Part shown: positions 49,020-58,661 of the stretch, in pieces
How the letters are laid out: each line of letters starts with the position of its first letter
How positions within the stretch are numbered: position 1 is the first letter of the stretch
NCBI GenBank assembly: GCA_027448865.1
Contig: DAIDMR010000069.1
Span: 23,931-87,930 of the forward strand
Origin: Vampirovibrio sp.
Lineage (GTDB): Bacteria > Cyanobacteriota > Vampirovibrionia > Vampirovibrionales > Vampirovibrionaceae
Direction: 5' to 3'
DNA: 64,000 nucleotides
The notes under the pieces: model-generated
What the model saw: only the letters and a program-made list of their open reading frames with translations
The model's database searches: none
What the model was told of the DNA's origin: nothing
Translations under genes and position numbers: made by a program

Positions 49020-50002
49020 AGGGAGAGTCATTGATGAAGCGTTATACATTCGGGATCCTTTTGGGTGTCACCCTATTGAGTGCCAGTCTGACAGTGGCTT
49101 TGGCTCAAGATCTTTCCGGCATTGAGAATATCAGCGTGCATTACATGCCGGGTAGCTATCAACCCATCCCGGTCAACAAAACCTATTTCAACTATCAGCC
49201 AAAAACACAGGCTCAGCCAGTAAAGGTTGTACCCTTAGAGTCCAAGATGAAACCAGCCAGTGAAACGCCTTTAGTCGAGAAGAGACAACAGCAAACAGAT
49301 TCACCAATTCTCAGTCCAAATGGAAGTCTCATTTTTCCCTTCGGAGCCAATCTACCCAATGTCATTTGTGCCCCTTTGCACGTTTGTGAAGTCAGCCTGC
49401 AACCGGGGGAAACCATTCAGCAAATCGATGTGGGCGATACACTCCGTTGGCAAGTGAAACTGGCCCGAAGTGTTCGAGATGGGGTGGAAACTTCTCACTT
49501 GATCATTAAACCGACTGAAGTGGGCATTGTGAGTAATTTGGTAGCCATTACAGACAGGCGCACCTATACCATTCAGTTGGTTAGCCGAAAAGAGCGGATG
49601 TGGATGCCCAAAGTGGCTTTTTCGTACCCGGATGATATGCAGGCCAACTGGAATGCTTATTTTGCCCAATCGAAGCACAACTCAGCGGTTACTTTGGCAA
49701 GCAACGGCCTATCCACTTCGCCGCTTGATTTTAAATACCAACTTAAAGGCGATAAACCGGTTTGGCGGCCTATGCGGGTTTATACCGATCACGTCAAAAC
49801 TTACATTGACTTGCCACCGGCTGCAAAAAACGAGGAGATTCCCGCCTTGGTGTTGCTTGGCCCAGGCTCGACTGAACAACTGGTCAACTACCGCTTGGAT
49901 GGCAATCGGTTCATCGTGGATAAAGTGATCCACCGGGCCTCTTTGATTAGCGGGGTCGGACGCAATCAGGAACGGGTCGATATCGTGAGAGAGGGGAGCT
50001 AA
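49001..50002 (+). CDS. trbG: TrbG (VirB9 family), 333 aa
   Basis: It has a signal peptide, the VirB9 C-terminal beta-domain motifs, and fits the trb gene order. Confidence 0.85.
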   Translation: MVATIVEGESLMKRYTFGILLGVTLLSASLTVALAQDLSGIENISVHYMPGSYQPIPVNKTYFNYQPKTQAQPVKVVPLESKMKPASETPLVEKRQQQTDSPILSPNGSLIFPFGANLPNVICAPLHVCEVSLQPGETIQQIDVGDTLRWQVKLARSVRDGVETSHLIIKPTEVGIVSNLVAITDRRTYTIQLVSRKERMWMPKVAFSYPDDMQANWNAYFAQSKHNSAVTLASNGLSTSPLDFKYQLKGDKPVWRPMRVYTDHVKTYIDLPPAAKNEEIPALVLLGPGSTEQLVNYRLDGNRFIVDKVIHRASLISGVGRNQERVDIVREGS

Positions 50003-50008
50003 CGGATC

Positions 50009-50788
50009 ATGCGGCATTGGATATCCCTGTTTCTACTAAGCAGCCTACTAACCGGCTTCTCTAGCCCAGCGAATGCAACGACGCCTTACCATAGCAAGGC
50101 ACACACCACTTATCGGAAGCCTGCACAACGGAAAACGCCACCCAGGGTACAGCAGCACTATTCCTTTATTCCACCCAGACAACCCTCTGAAATCATTCAG
50201 CGGCTTCAAGCTCCGCTTCAAGGCCGCGTTGTTCAAGAGCAGGTAAATCCGACATCCACCACAAGCACACCGCCTGCCGCTCCAATCAGTGAACCATTAC
50301 CGGTTACCACGCGGCTTAAAAAGCCTATACCCAAAAGACTTGGGCTTTGGGAGAGTATGAAAAACCGGATTCGATCCAGTCACTCTTTGCCAGAACGGAT
50401 TACCCCACAAAACTCCTGGATTGAACACCTCTCGGATTCGGAAACTGCCTCTCTGAGTGAGATTGTTGCTCAAGTGATTCAAGCCCAAATTGCCAGCCCA
50501 CAAGCTACGCTAGTATTGGCTGATCCGCCTCAAGCCCAGCTCAAGAGCCACTTTATTCCCAGCTTGATCTATGCGCTTCAAAAACGGGGCTATGCCTTTG
50601 CCGGAAAGAATGACAGTGTGCAGAATACCTATTGGATTCGCTGCCGTATCCGGGCCTTTGAGCAAGGCCTGCTCGTTCAAATTAAAATCAACGGGCAAGA
50701 AACAAGCCGGTTGTATGCACGCTCTCAAACAGGGGCACTGGTGGCGGCTTCACCCATGACTCGTCTGGGAATAGGAGGTCAGCCCTAA
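50009..50788 (+). CDS. TrbH-like Pro-rich protein (VirB7 functional position), 259 aa
   Basis: It has a signal peptide, a Pro/Thr-rich linker, and sits between trbG and trbI. It is longer than canonical TrbH and no lipobox Cys was seen. Confidence 0.45.
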   Translation: MRHWISLFLLSSLLTGFSSPANATTPYHSKAHTTYRKPAQRKTPPRVQQHYSFIPPRQPSEIIQRLQAPLQGRVVQEQVNPTSTTSTPPAAPISEPLPVTTRLKKPIPKRLGLWESMKNRIRSSHSLPERITPQNSWIEHLSDSETASLSEIVAQVIQAQIASPQATLVLADPPQAQLKSHFIPSLIYALQKRGYAFAGKNDSVQNTYWIRCRIRAFEQGLLVQIKINGQETSRLYARSQTGALVAASPMTRLGIGGQP

Positions 50789-52305
50789 TGGATTCAGAAA
50801 TGCAGAGTTCTAGCCCATCCAAGCAGAACGAGACAACGCCTCATGCACCAGTCTCATCGGAACATTCGAATGAAACTCCAGCGGATAAGGCCGCCAGAAC
50901 CATTCCCAATGAAACATATCGCCTATCCGCATCCAAACCAATACCACAGGCAGATCCAGCAAGCCCTTCAGATACTAGAAGTTATAGTCATACGCCTTAT
51001 CAAGCCAAGCTCAAAGGGTTGGAACCCAACGGACTTTCAACCCATATGGCCCAATCACATCCTTTCAATGACCAGCTCAGTAAATGGCCAATCGTTGTCG
51101 GAAGCACCTTGGTTGCCCTGGCACTTTGCACGATTTTATATAACTGGATTGTACCGAAGCCTGCAATGAGTGCACAAAGTGGCGGTCCTGCACAGCAGAA
51201 GCCTGGTCCCGGTGCACCAACGCATCTGTTAGAAAAAGCACCAAACAGTGTATTGGTAGACCACTCGGCGCAGTCTACGCTCAAGGAAGAGCCTTTGATA
51301 CCGGAATCCTCGCCGCGCAGTAATAATCCTGATGCGATTAACACGAATGCGTATTCAGCGGCAGAACCCGTCGATTACCAAGCCCAGGCACAATTACAAC
51401 GTCAGCTTCAACAGGAACAAGAGGCCGCCCAACGAGAGGCGGCTCGATTAGCCCGCTTGCAAAGTGCCAAAGAATCCAACTCTACGGTTTATTCTGCGGC
51501 TTCATCCAATCAATCTTATTCATCCCAGGGCCAGCAAACTACAGCTGGACTGAACTCAACAGATACTTCCACTATCCTAGAGGCTAGCAATAATCGGCCT
51601 TCTGGCCCGGTTTTAAAAGGGCATTTAAATACTCTGGAAGGCTCGAACTATCTGCCGAATACCCGAGTTCCAGCTATTTCGCCTTATGAGGTTAAAGCAG
51701 GAACCGTCATTCCCTCGATTATGATTAGCGGTATTAACAGCGAGCTACCGGGGCAACTGATCGCGCAAGTAGTCCAGAATGTGTATGATTCGGCGACCGG
51801 TCGCTACCTACTCATACCGCAAGGGGCAAAACTGGTTGGAGCATATGATCATCAGGTTTCAACGGGTCAAAAACGGGTTTTAATTGTCTGGAACCGGATT
51901 ATCTACCCAGATTCATCTTCTTTGGATTTGGGCGCAATGGCGGGACTGGACCAGAGCGGCTATGCCGGATTTAACGACAAAACTAATAATCATGTCTGGC
52001 CCACCTTTAGAAACGCGTTGCTTTTATCCGCTATTACCGCAGGCGTACAACTCTCTCAACCGAGAGCCCAACAGGGAAATTATGCCTATTCCAGCCAGCA
52101 AATGATCGCAGGCTCGTTGGGTATGCAGCTCAATCAACTGGGCCTCTCCAGTTACCAGAACCAGGTCAATATGGCTCCCACGCTGACCATCCGGCCTGGC
52201 TACCGTTTCAATGTAATGGTGTCCAAGGATATGGTATTACCGCCATGGTCTACCAATGGGAATACCATTTCAACCGGCACGCTACAAACCGCCCAACAGT
52301 GGTGA
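50788..52305 (+). CDS. trbI: TrbI (VirB10 family), 505 aa
   Basis: It has an N-terminal cytoplasmic segment, a TM, a Pro/Gln-rich linker, and a conserved C-terminal beta-barrel (…YDHQVSTGQKRVLIVWNRIIYPD…). It is the last trb gene. Confidence 0.85.
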   Translation: MDSEMQSSSPSKQNETTPHAPVSSEHSNETPADKAARTIPNETYRLSASKPIPQADPASPSDTRSYSHTPYQAKLKGLEPNGLSTHMAQSHPFNDQLSKWPIVVGSTLVALALCTILYNWIVPKPAMSAQSGGPAQQKPGPGAPTHLLEKAPNSVLVDHSAQSTLKEEPLIPESSPRSNNPDAINTNAYSAAEPVDYQAQAQLQRQLQQEQEAAQREAARLARLQSAKESNSTVYSAASSNQSYSSQGQQTTAGLNSTDTSTILEASNNRPSGPVLKGHLNTLEGSNYLPNTRVPAISPYEVKAGTVIPSIMISGINSELPGQLIAQVVQNVYDSATGRYLLIPQGAKLVGAYDHQVSTGQKRVLIVWNRIIYPDSSSLDLGAMAGLDQSGYAGFNDKTNNHVWPTFRNALLLSAITAGVQLSQPRAQQGNYAYSSQQMIAGSLGMQLNQLGLSSYQNQVNMAPTLTIRPGYRFNVMVSKDMVLPPWSTNGNTISTGTLQTAQQW

Positions 52306-52364
52306 ATCGAGTGTGATCTGATACGCGTAATCAATTTCAAATTTGAAAAGAGGAGGAAAAAATA

Positions 52365-52556
52365 ATGAACATTCATCAACCGAATCAACCTGTAATCAGT
52401 CGTGATATGACAGATTTTGGGGTTCCCGGCGTGGTAATTGAGGTGGATCCGATTGAAGCTGAAGCCTGGGGATCCTTTGAGGAAACCGCCATTACCGAAC
52501 AAGACGCCATTGACTCAGAAATAGATGTTGAATTGGATGTGGAGGCTGCCCAATGA
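52365..52556 (+). CDS. Small highly acidic protein (63 aa) translationally coupled to the ArdC-primase gene
   Basis: It has a plausible RBS (aggaggaaaaaataATG), a C-terminal half that is almost pure D/E (EAEAWGSFEETAITEQDAIDSEIDVELDVEAAQ), and a stop that overlaps the downstream start (ATGA). Confidence 0.4.
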   Translation: MNIHQPNQPVISRDMTDFGVPGVVIEVDPIEAEAWGSFEETAITEQDAIDSEIDVELDVEAAQ

Positions 52557-54757
52557 GCGATTACGCCAAAACCGTGTCTGAATCTATCATTAGGCAACTA
52601 CAAGAGGGAACCGCCCCATGGCTACGACCCTGGCAAACTGGAGAACGTTATCTTCCGTTTAACCCAACCACGGGCAATGCATATAAGGGCATTAACGCCA
52701 TTTGGTTGCTCTCTATTACGGAAGCCAGAGGCTATGGGGATACCCGCTGGATGACCTATAAGCAAGCGAGCAGTCTGGACGCTCAAGTGAACAAAGGCGA
52801 AAAAGGAACCATGATCCAGTTCTGGAAGTGGCACGATGAAATTCTGAAGCGGGATGATGAAGGCAAGCCAGTTTTGGATGAAAATGGTAATCCAGCCAAA
52901 GTTTTGATACGCCTACAATGCCCTAAAGTTCGTACTGCAATCGTCTTTAATGCCCAGCAAATCAACGGTTTACCGGCTATTGAAAACAAAGCCCTCCTCA
53001 CTGAGTGGGAGCGCCACCTGGAAGCCGAAGCCATCTTGAAGGATTCCCAAGCCAGGATTGAGCACGTACCAGGAAACCGGGCCTTTTACCGGCCATCCAG
53101 CGATAGCATTACACTGCCACTCAGAGAGCAATTTCCTACGGCAGATAATTATTATGCAACCGCTCTGCATGAATTGGGCCATTGGACCGGGCATGAGTCC
53201 AGGCTGAATCGTGACATCAAGCATCCGTTTGGTTCGGAGGCTTATGCCAAAGAAGAATTGCGGGCGGAAATCGCGTCCCTGATGCTGGGTGAAAAACTCA
53301 GTATCGGGCACGATCCAGGGCAGCATGTTGCCTATATTGGATCCTGGATCAAGGCGTTAGAGGAAGACCCGCGAGAAATTTTCAGGGCGTCAGCCGATGC
53401 TGAAAAAATCACCCAGTATCTTCTGGGCCGTGAAATGCAAAAGGTCCAGAGCCAAGACATTGAAGAACAGGCAAAAATTCAAGTGCCTGTATTAAAAATT
53501 CAGGAGGAGAGTGCATTGAGAACTACGCCTGAGCGGGTCTATTTGGATGTCCCCTATGCCGAAAAAGAGGCAGTCAAGAAACTAGGAGCCAAGTGGGACC
53601 GACAGGAGAAATCCTGGTATGTTCCGGCAGGCATTGCGTTAGAACCCTTGAAACAATGGTTAAAGAGTCAAAATACGGTTTCCAAGGATCCACAGGCCGA
53701 GTTTGCCTCAGCACTGCAAGAGGCAGGCTTACAGTTGAAAGGCTTACCCATTATGGATGGAAAGCTGCATCGAGTCCCTGTAGAAGGTGATAAGCACGGT
53801 CAAAAGAATGGCGGGTATGTTGGCTTTATGGACGGGCATCCTGCAGGCTACATCAACAACTACAAAACAGGTCTGGAAACCACTTGGAAATCAGAACAGC
53901 CGGTGAATCGTTTAAGTGACAGTGAGCGCTTGCGTCTGGAGCAAGAAGCTACGCAACGGCAATTGAAACGGGCACAGGAAAGAGAGGAGCTTCAAACTCA
54001 AACTGCGGATTTGGTGGCCGATTGCTGGCTGAACGCTGCCCCCGCGCAAAATCACCCGTATTTGGACCGAAAAAGTGTTCAAGCCCATGGCTTAAGAGTC
54101 AATACCTGTGGCTCGGTGGAAATTGGTCATGCTCAGCCTGATGAGCCCGCCCAGCAATGGAGTGGTCATGGAGAATTGCTCATCCCCATTGTCGACATCA
54201 ATGGCCGCTTCTGGGGTGCCCAATCCATTGATGATCAAGGGCGTAAGAGTTTCCCTCGGGGTGGCCGGATTCAGGGCGGGCACCACGTGTTAGGGCATAT
54301 CCAAGAGGGGCAGCCCATTTTAATTGCAGAAGGGTACGCCACTGCCGCGACGGTGCATGAATCTTCGGGACTGCCGGTTGTGGTGGCGTTTAATTCTGGA
54401 AACGTGCCGGTTGTCGCGCAAGCGTTTCGAGACAAGCACCCAGCCAGCACATTGGTAATTGCCGGGGATAACGATCACAGCAAACCAATTGAGAAGAATG
54501 TCGGACTCCAGAAAGCCCAAGAGGCCGCTCAAAAGGTGGATGGTCATCTGCTACTGCCTGAATTTGAAAAAGGCTCAACAGGAACAGACTGGAATGATTT
54601 GGCTCAGGAAAAGGGAAAAGATGCAGTTCGGCTTCAGTTGCAAGTAGGTATATCGCTCATCAAGGCGCAAGCCAAGCCGTTCATACAACAAGTCTCATCC
54701 GCTCTTGAGGCGAAAGTCAATCTCACTCCCACGAAGCCTCAGGCCTTGACGCGATGA
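52553..54757 (+). CDS. ArdC-like antirestriction/ssDNA-binding N-domain plus zincin-like metallopeptidase plus C-terminal TOPRIM primase domain (TraC-like), 734 aa
   Basis: It has an ArdC N-terminal domain and the HExxH metallopeptidase motif ALHELGHWTGH. The C-terminal region has Toprim-like acidic motifs (LIAEGYATAATV..., VIAGDNDH). The fusion architecture is common on conjugative elements. Confidence 0.75.
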   Translation: MSDYAKTVSESIIRQLQEGTAPWLRPWQTGERYLPFNPTTGNAYKGINAIWLLSITEARGYGDTRWMTYKQASSLDAQVNKGEKGTMIQFWKWHDEILKRDDEGKPVLDENGNPAKVLIRLQCPKVRTAIVFNAQQINGLPAIENKALLTEWERHLEAEAILKDSQARIEHVPGNRAFYRPSSDSITLPLREQFPTADNYYATALHELGHWTGHESRLNRDIKHPFGSEAYAKEELRAEIASLMLGEKLSIGHDPGQHVAYIGSWIKALEEDPREIFRASADAEKITQYLLGREMQKVQSQDIEEQAKIQVPVLKIQEESALRTTPERVYLDVPYAEKEAVKKLGAKWDRQEKSWYVPAGIALEPLKQWLKSQNTVSKDPQAEFASALQEAGLQLKGLPIMDGKLHRVPVEGDKHGQKNGGYVGFMDGHPAGYINNYKTGLETTWKSEQPVNRLSDSERLRLEQEATQRQLKRAQEREELQTQTADLVADCWLNAAPAQNHPYLDRKSVQAHGLRVNTCGSVEIGHAQPDEPAQQWSGHGELLIPIVDINGRFWGAQSIDDQGRKSFPRGGRIQGGHHVLGHIQEGQPILIAEGYATAATVHESSGLPVVVAFNSGNVPVVAQAFRDKHPASTLVIAGDNDHSKPIEKNVGLQKAQEAAQKVDGHLLLPEFEKGSTGTDWNDLAQEKGKDAVRLQLQVGISLIKAQAKPFIQQVSSALEAKVNLTPTKPQALTR

Positions 54758-54983
54758 TGTTGACTGACGCTCACCTAATTTTTTCGTCTCTCAATTCCAT
54801 CTCTCTTAATCTTCTTGGTTCACAATCAGGACATGATGAATGGATATATCCGGTGTATAAGCATTCGGGTTTACTTTTTGATTTCAGTTGAATTAATTGG
54901 TAGAAGGCTTTCTAATCTGCTTTGCGCAGATCTGGAAAAAGTCCTATGCATCAAATAAACTCTGCTGTAAAATGCCTTAATCG

Positions 54984-56111
54984 TTGATTAGACCAGAGAG
55001 GCTTCGAGTGGCTGGGGAAATTAGAAATAGCCAAGATGCTTTTACGTTCCAGGATATACCCGAGCCAAACAGTGTTATTGCTACCGCTGCAAAGATTCAA
55101 TTTGGGAAGCCCATCCCTCCTCAGCAGCAGGTCTTCCTATATAGCGCTGATGAATGGGAGTATTTCATCGAAGAGTGGGTGCATAGCCAGAAACAAAATT
55201 ATACAAAGGTTCGTCGATATGCTGGCGCTAATGACATGGGCATTGACGTTGCTGGATTTGTTGATGATACTGGTCTCCAAAGTGATTGGGACAATTTTCA
55301 ATGTAAGCACTATGATGGTGCACTAGCCCCCAGTACAGCAGCGGCTGAGGTGGCAAAAATTCTTTGGCATTCATTTCAAGGTAAATATATACCCCCACGC
55401 GCTTACTATTTTATAGCTCCTAAAGGTTGCGGGACTAGTCTCTCCAGGCTTTTAGACAACCCATCAAACTTGAAGAAGCATATTATAGAGAAGTGGGATA
55501 AGCAGTGTGCAAAGGCAATCACTGCAACACGAGTGATCCTTCTTGAAGAATCCTTTCTTGCCTATATAAACAATTTTGATTTCTCAATATTTAAGGCTCG
55601 CACTTTATTGGAGATTATCGATGACCATCGCAAGACTCCCTATTATGCTAATAGATTTGGAGGTGGATTGCCCGATAGGCCCATAGTGAAACGGCCTCCT
55701 GAGAATCTGGCAGATGGAGAAAGTCGTTATATTGAGCAACTTTTTGAAGCCTATAGCGATCATACAAAAAGTGAAGTCACACACCTGGAAAGTTTGAGGA
55801 GCGATCTGATTGATCATTATCATCGGCAACGAGAAACGTTTTATCACGCCGAAGCCCTGCGGAATTTCTCACGAGATACTGTTCCACCTGGCACGTTTGA
55901 GCAACTACAAGATGAGGTTCATGCCGGAGTGATTGACATTGAGGGACTTTTACACGCCGATGGGTATGCTCGTTTAAATGAAATCCTCAAGTCAGCCACG
56001 CAGCTTCAAATGACCTCAAATGCCCTGATGAGTGTTGTGAAAATCCAGGATAGAAAAGGAATCTGTCATCAGCTCTCTAACGAAGACCGTTTGCGCTGGA
56101 GGAAGCCATGA
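54984..56111 (+). CDS. Putative effector of a Lamassu/ABC-3C-like defence cassette: N-terminal PD-(D/E)xK-like nuclease motifs plus C-terminal helical domain, 375 aa (TTG start; GTG at 55008 is an alternative)
   Basis: It has the E-D-QxK pattern (DEWEYFIEEW ... GIDVAGFVDD ... DNFQCKHY) with restriction-endonuclease-fold spacing. Its stop overlaps the next gene by 4 bp, and its GC is lower than the flanking trb/tra genes. Confidence 0.5.
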   Translation: MIRPERLRVAGEIRNSQDAFTFQDIPEPNSVIATAAKIQFGKPIPPQQQVFLYSADEWEYFIEEWVHSQKQNYTKVRRYAGANDMGIDVAGFVDDTGLQSDWDNFQCKHYDGALAPSTAAAEVAKILWHSFQGKYIPPRAYYFIAPKGCGTSLSRLLDNPSNLKKHIIEKWDKQCAKAITATRVILLEESFLAYINNFDFSIFKARTLLEIIDDHRKTPYYANRFGGGLPDRPIVKRPPENLADGESRYIEQLFEAYSDHTKSEVTHLESLRSDLIDHYHRQRETFYHAEALRNFSRDTVPPGTFEQLQDEVHAGVIDIEGLLHADGYARLNEILKSATQLQMTSNALMSVVKIQDRKGICHQLSNEDRLRWRKP

Positions 56112-56602
56112 AAGCTGCAAATCATTTGAGCCCTTTCAATGGACCACTAGAGGCTGGGATTCGAGCACTGGGCATTCTCCTTCCCGCATTTCCTCGTTCT
56201 TTTGACTTGCAACGTCTGGTAGCACTTGACCACTTGGTTGTGCATACCGGAGATGTAGGAGGACCAGAGAGCCTTCACCCTCCACTTCCTCTTCGCTCTG
56301 CGGAGCTGACTATCCGTCGCTCTGTAGTCGAGCGAGGCATTCTGCTTATGGTGAATCGAGGATTAATTGAACGAGTTATGGATGATACGGGGCTAAGCTA
56401 TCGTGCTGGAGATTTAGCACAAACATTCATGTCAACTCTATCTGCCGATTATCTCATTGCCCTTCAAGAGCGTGGTGAATGGGTAGTTTCCACTTTTGCA
56501 GATCTGGATGATGATCAACTTCGCCAAACCATAGGTGATCTGTTTGGACGCTGGATTGAGGAGTTTCAGGCAACACAGCGCAGCATGGCATTAGGAGTAT
56601 AA
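56108..56602 (+). CDS. Small helical middle component (LmuC / ABC-3C MC-like), 164 aa
   Basis: It is translationally coupled on both sides (ATGA overlap upstream, 4-bp gap downstream). Its size and helical character match ABC-3C middle components. Confidence 0.45.
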   Translation: MKAANHLSPFNGPLEAGIRALGILLPAFPRSFDLQRLVALDHLVVHTGDVGGPESLHPPLPLRSAELTIRRSVVERGILLMVNRGLIERVMDDTGLSYRAGDLAQTFMSTLSADYLIALQERGEWVVSTFADLDDDQLRQTIGDLFGRWIEEFQATQRSMALGV

Positions 56603-56606
56603 CAAT

Positions 56607-58451
56607 ATGCCAACTCGTTTAATACTTCGTCATCTCTGCTTTACAGGACCGGATCAACCACCAGCGATTCTTACATTTGAGCGTGGTCTAAACGTACTTT
56701 ATGGGGCATCAGATACTGGAAAGTCTTTTGTTCTAGAAGCTATTGACTTTATGTTGGGTGGTAAAAAACCCCTTAGAGACATAAAAGAACGGATTGGATA
56801 CGATAAGGTATTTCTTGGCATAGAGACGACGGATGGTTCTATATTTACACTGTATAGAAGTACAAGTGGTGGAAGCTTTTATCTGTTTGAAGGATTGCAT
56901 CAATCATTTCCCCAAGATGTAGAAGCTCTCTCGCTTGCACCGCAGCATAAGAAAGGTAAAGATGATAGTCTGTCTAGCTTCCTGCTAGAAATAGTGGGAC
57001 TTAACGGCAAAAAAATCAGGAAGAATAATAAAGGCATAAACCAACAATTTACCTTCCGTAACCTTGCAAGGTTTTGTGTTGTTGCAGAAGGAGCTATTCA
57101 AGACCAACGCTCTCCTATTGAAAGTGGACAAGCCATTTCAGAAACCGCAGAATATTCAGCATTTAAGCTTCTGCTGACTGGCCTTGATGATAGTGCGATC
57201 ATTCCTGCACAGAAAAATTCTACCCTTTCACAATCTCAAGCAGGCAAACTTGAGATCCTTGATGAAATTCTTTCCAATCTCAAAGAGAAATTTTCTGGTG
57301 CCCTACCTGCCGCTGAGGAACTAGATGAAGCCTTGGCAAAACATGAGTCTATGATTGCTATTGAGTTCCAAAATCTTCAATCATCGGAGAGTGAATACCA
57401 GATACTTGTTTCCCGTAGGGATTCGTTACGCTTTAAGCTTCAAAATGGAGTCGAGCGTCGCGGCGAAATTCAAGACTTGCATACCAGATTTGCTCTGCTT
57501 GATCAACACTACCAATCCGACCTTTCAAGATTGGCTAGTATCCGAGAAGCCGGTTCTCTTATGGCTGTATTGCCAGAGCATACATGCTCGCTTTGTGGTG
57601 CTGAACCTAAGGATCAGCACAAAAAATCTGACTGCGATGGCAATATAGAAGCTGTAGTTTCTGCCTCTGATGCAGAGAGTGCTAAGATACTATTGCTTCG
57701 TAGGGAGCTTAACGATACCATTGCCCAACTAAAACAAGAAGCTGACGGTTTTGACCATTTAATACCAAATCTTCGAGGCGAACTAGCGACGATTGAAGAG
57801 CAGATTAAGCCTTTAAGACCTGCTTTAATAGAGCGTCGGATATACTATGCCAATCTAGTTGATGGAAGGGCAGCTATCCGTAATGAGCTTGCACTGTATG
57901 ACCAGTTAGTAGAACTTCAGACTCGTCGCAGTAAAATCCAAGTTCTACTTGAAGCAGAGGGGAATACGTCTCAACCAACTACTGATTTTCCAATATCAGT
58001 TCTAGATGAATTTGCTCAACAGATAGAGCGAGTGCTCAAAGCATGGCATTTACCCGGAGCCGAACGAGTACAATTCAACGAGACAGACCGTGACCTTATT
58101 ATTGATGGCAGTAGACGAGGAAGCCATGGCAAAGGCATGCGTTCCATTACCCATGCTGCGTTTACAATTGGACTTTTAGAATATTGTAAAAGCAAGAATC
58201 TACCCCACCCTGGCTTCATAGTGCTGGATTCCCCTCTGCTTGCATATCGCCAGCCTGAGGGGGATGAGGATGATCTTCGGGGTACTGATGTGCAAGATCG
58301 ATTCTATGAATATTTAGCACAATGGGAAGATGCTCAAGTGCTAATTATTGAAAACGTTACCCCTCCTGATGCAGTTCAGAAATCACCAACAACCCAAATT
58401 TTCACTGGAAACCATAATTTAGGTCGTTATGGATTTTTTCCAGATCTCTAA
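56607..58451 (+). CDS. SMC/ABC-type ATPase with long coiled-coil and CxxC hook-like apex (LmuB / ABC-3C ATPase-like), 614 aa
   Basis: It has an N-terminal Walker A (LNVLYGASDTGKSFVLEAIDFMLGG) and a C-terminal Walker B-like motif (GFIVLDSPLLAY). About 270 aa of heptad-rich sequence lie between them, with CSLCGAEPKDQHKKSDC at the midpoint. This is Rad50/SMC-like head-coil-hook-coil-head topology. Confidence 0.65.
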   Translation: MPTRLILRHLCFTGPDQPPAILTFERGLNVLYGASDTGKSFVLEAIDFMLGGKKPLRDIKERIGYDKVFLGIETTDGSIFTLYRSTSGGSFYLFEGLHQSFPQDVEALSLAPQHKKGKDDSLSSFLLEIVGLNGKKIRKNNKGINQQFTFRNLARFCVVAEGAIQDQRSPIESGQAISETAEYSAFKLLLTGLDDSAIIPAQKNSTLSQSQAGKLEILDEILSNLKEKFSGALPAAEELDEALAKHESMIAIEFQNLQSSESEYQILVSRRDSLRFKLQNGVERRGEIQDLHTRFALLDQHYQSDLSRLASIREAGSLMAVLPEHTCSLCGAEPKDQHKKSDCDGNIEAVVSASDAESAKILLLRRELNDTIAQLKQEADGFDHLIPNLRGELATIEEQIKPLRPALIERRIYYANLVDGRAAIRNELALYDQLVELQTRRSKIQVLLEAEGNTSQPTTDFPISVLDEFAQQIERVLKAWHLPGAERVQFNETDRDLIIDGSRRGSHGKGMRSITHAAFTIGLLEYCKSKNLPHPGFIVLDSPLLAYRQPEGDEDDLRGTDVQDRFYEYLAQWEDAQVLIIENVTPPDAVQKSPTTQIFTGNHNLGRYGFFPDL

Positions 58452-58509
58452 TTGAACCTCTGTCACATTGTGCCAAAATTAAATTTATATCATTTTAAAT
58501 TTAATTTAC

Positions 58510-58541
58510 ATGCCCTACCTGAGGGCATCTTTGCATCTTTT
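58510..58541 (+). terminator. Rho-independent terminator-like hairpin after the defence cassette
   Basis: The hairpin is ATGCCCT-acctg-AGGGCAT (7-bp stem), followed by the T-rich CTTTGCATCTTTT. Confidence 0.5.
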
Positions 58542-58661
58542 ACCAACGACTTCTAGCAGAAGTAATCACAGGAAACATAGATCCCTATTTAAAATTCTAG
58601 CAAACTAGATACACAAGAAATGACTTCGTTTCTTTCTTCCCATGACTGGTAGGGCTAAAAT

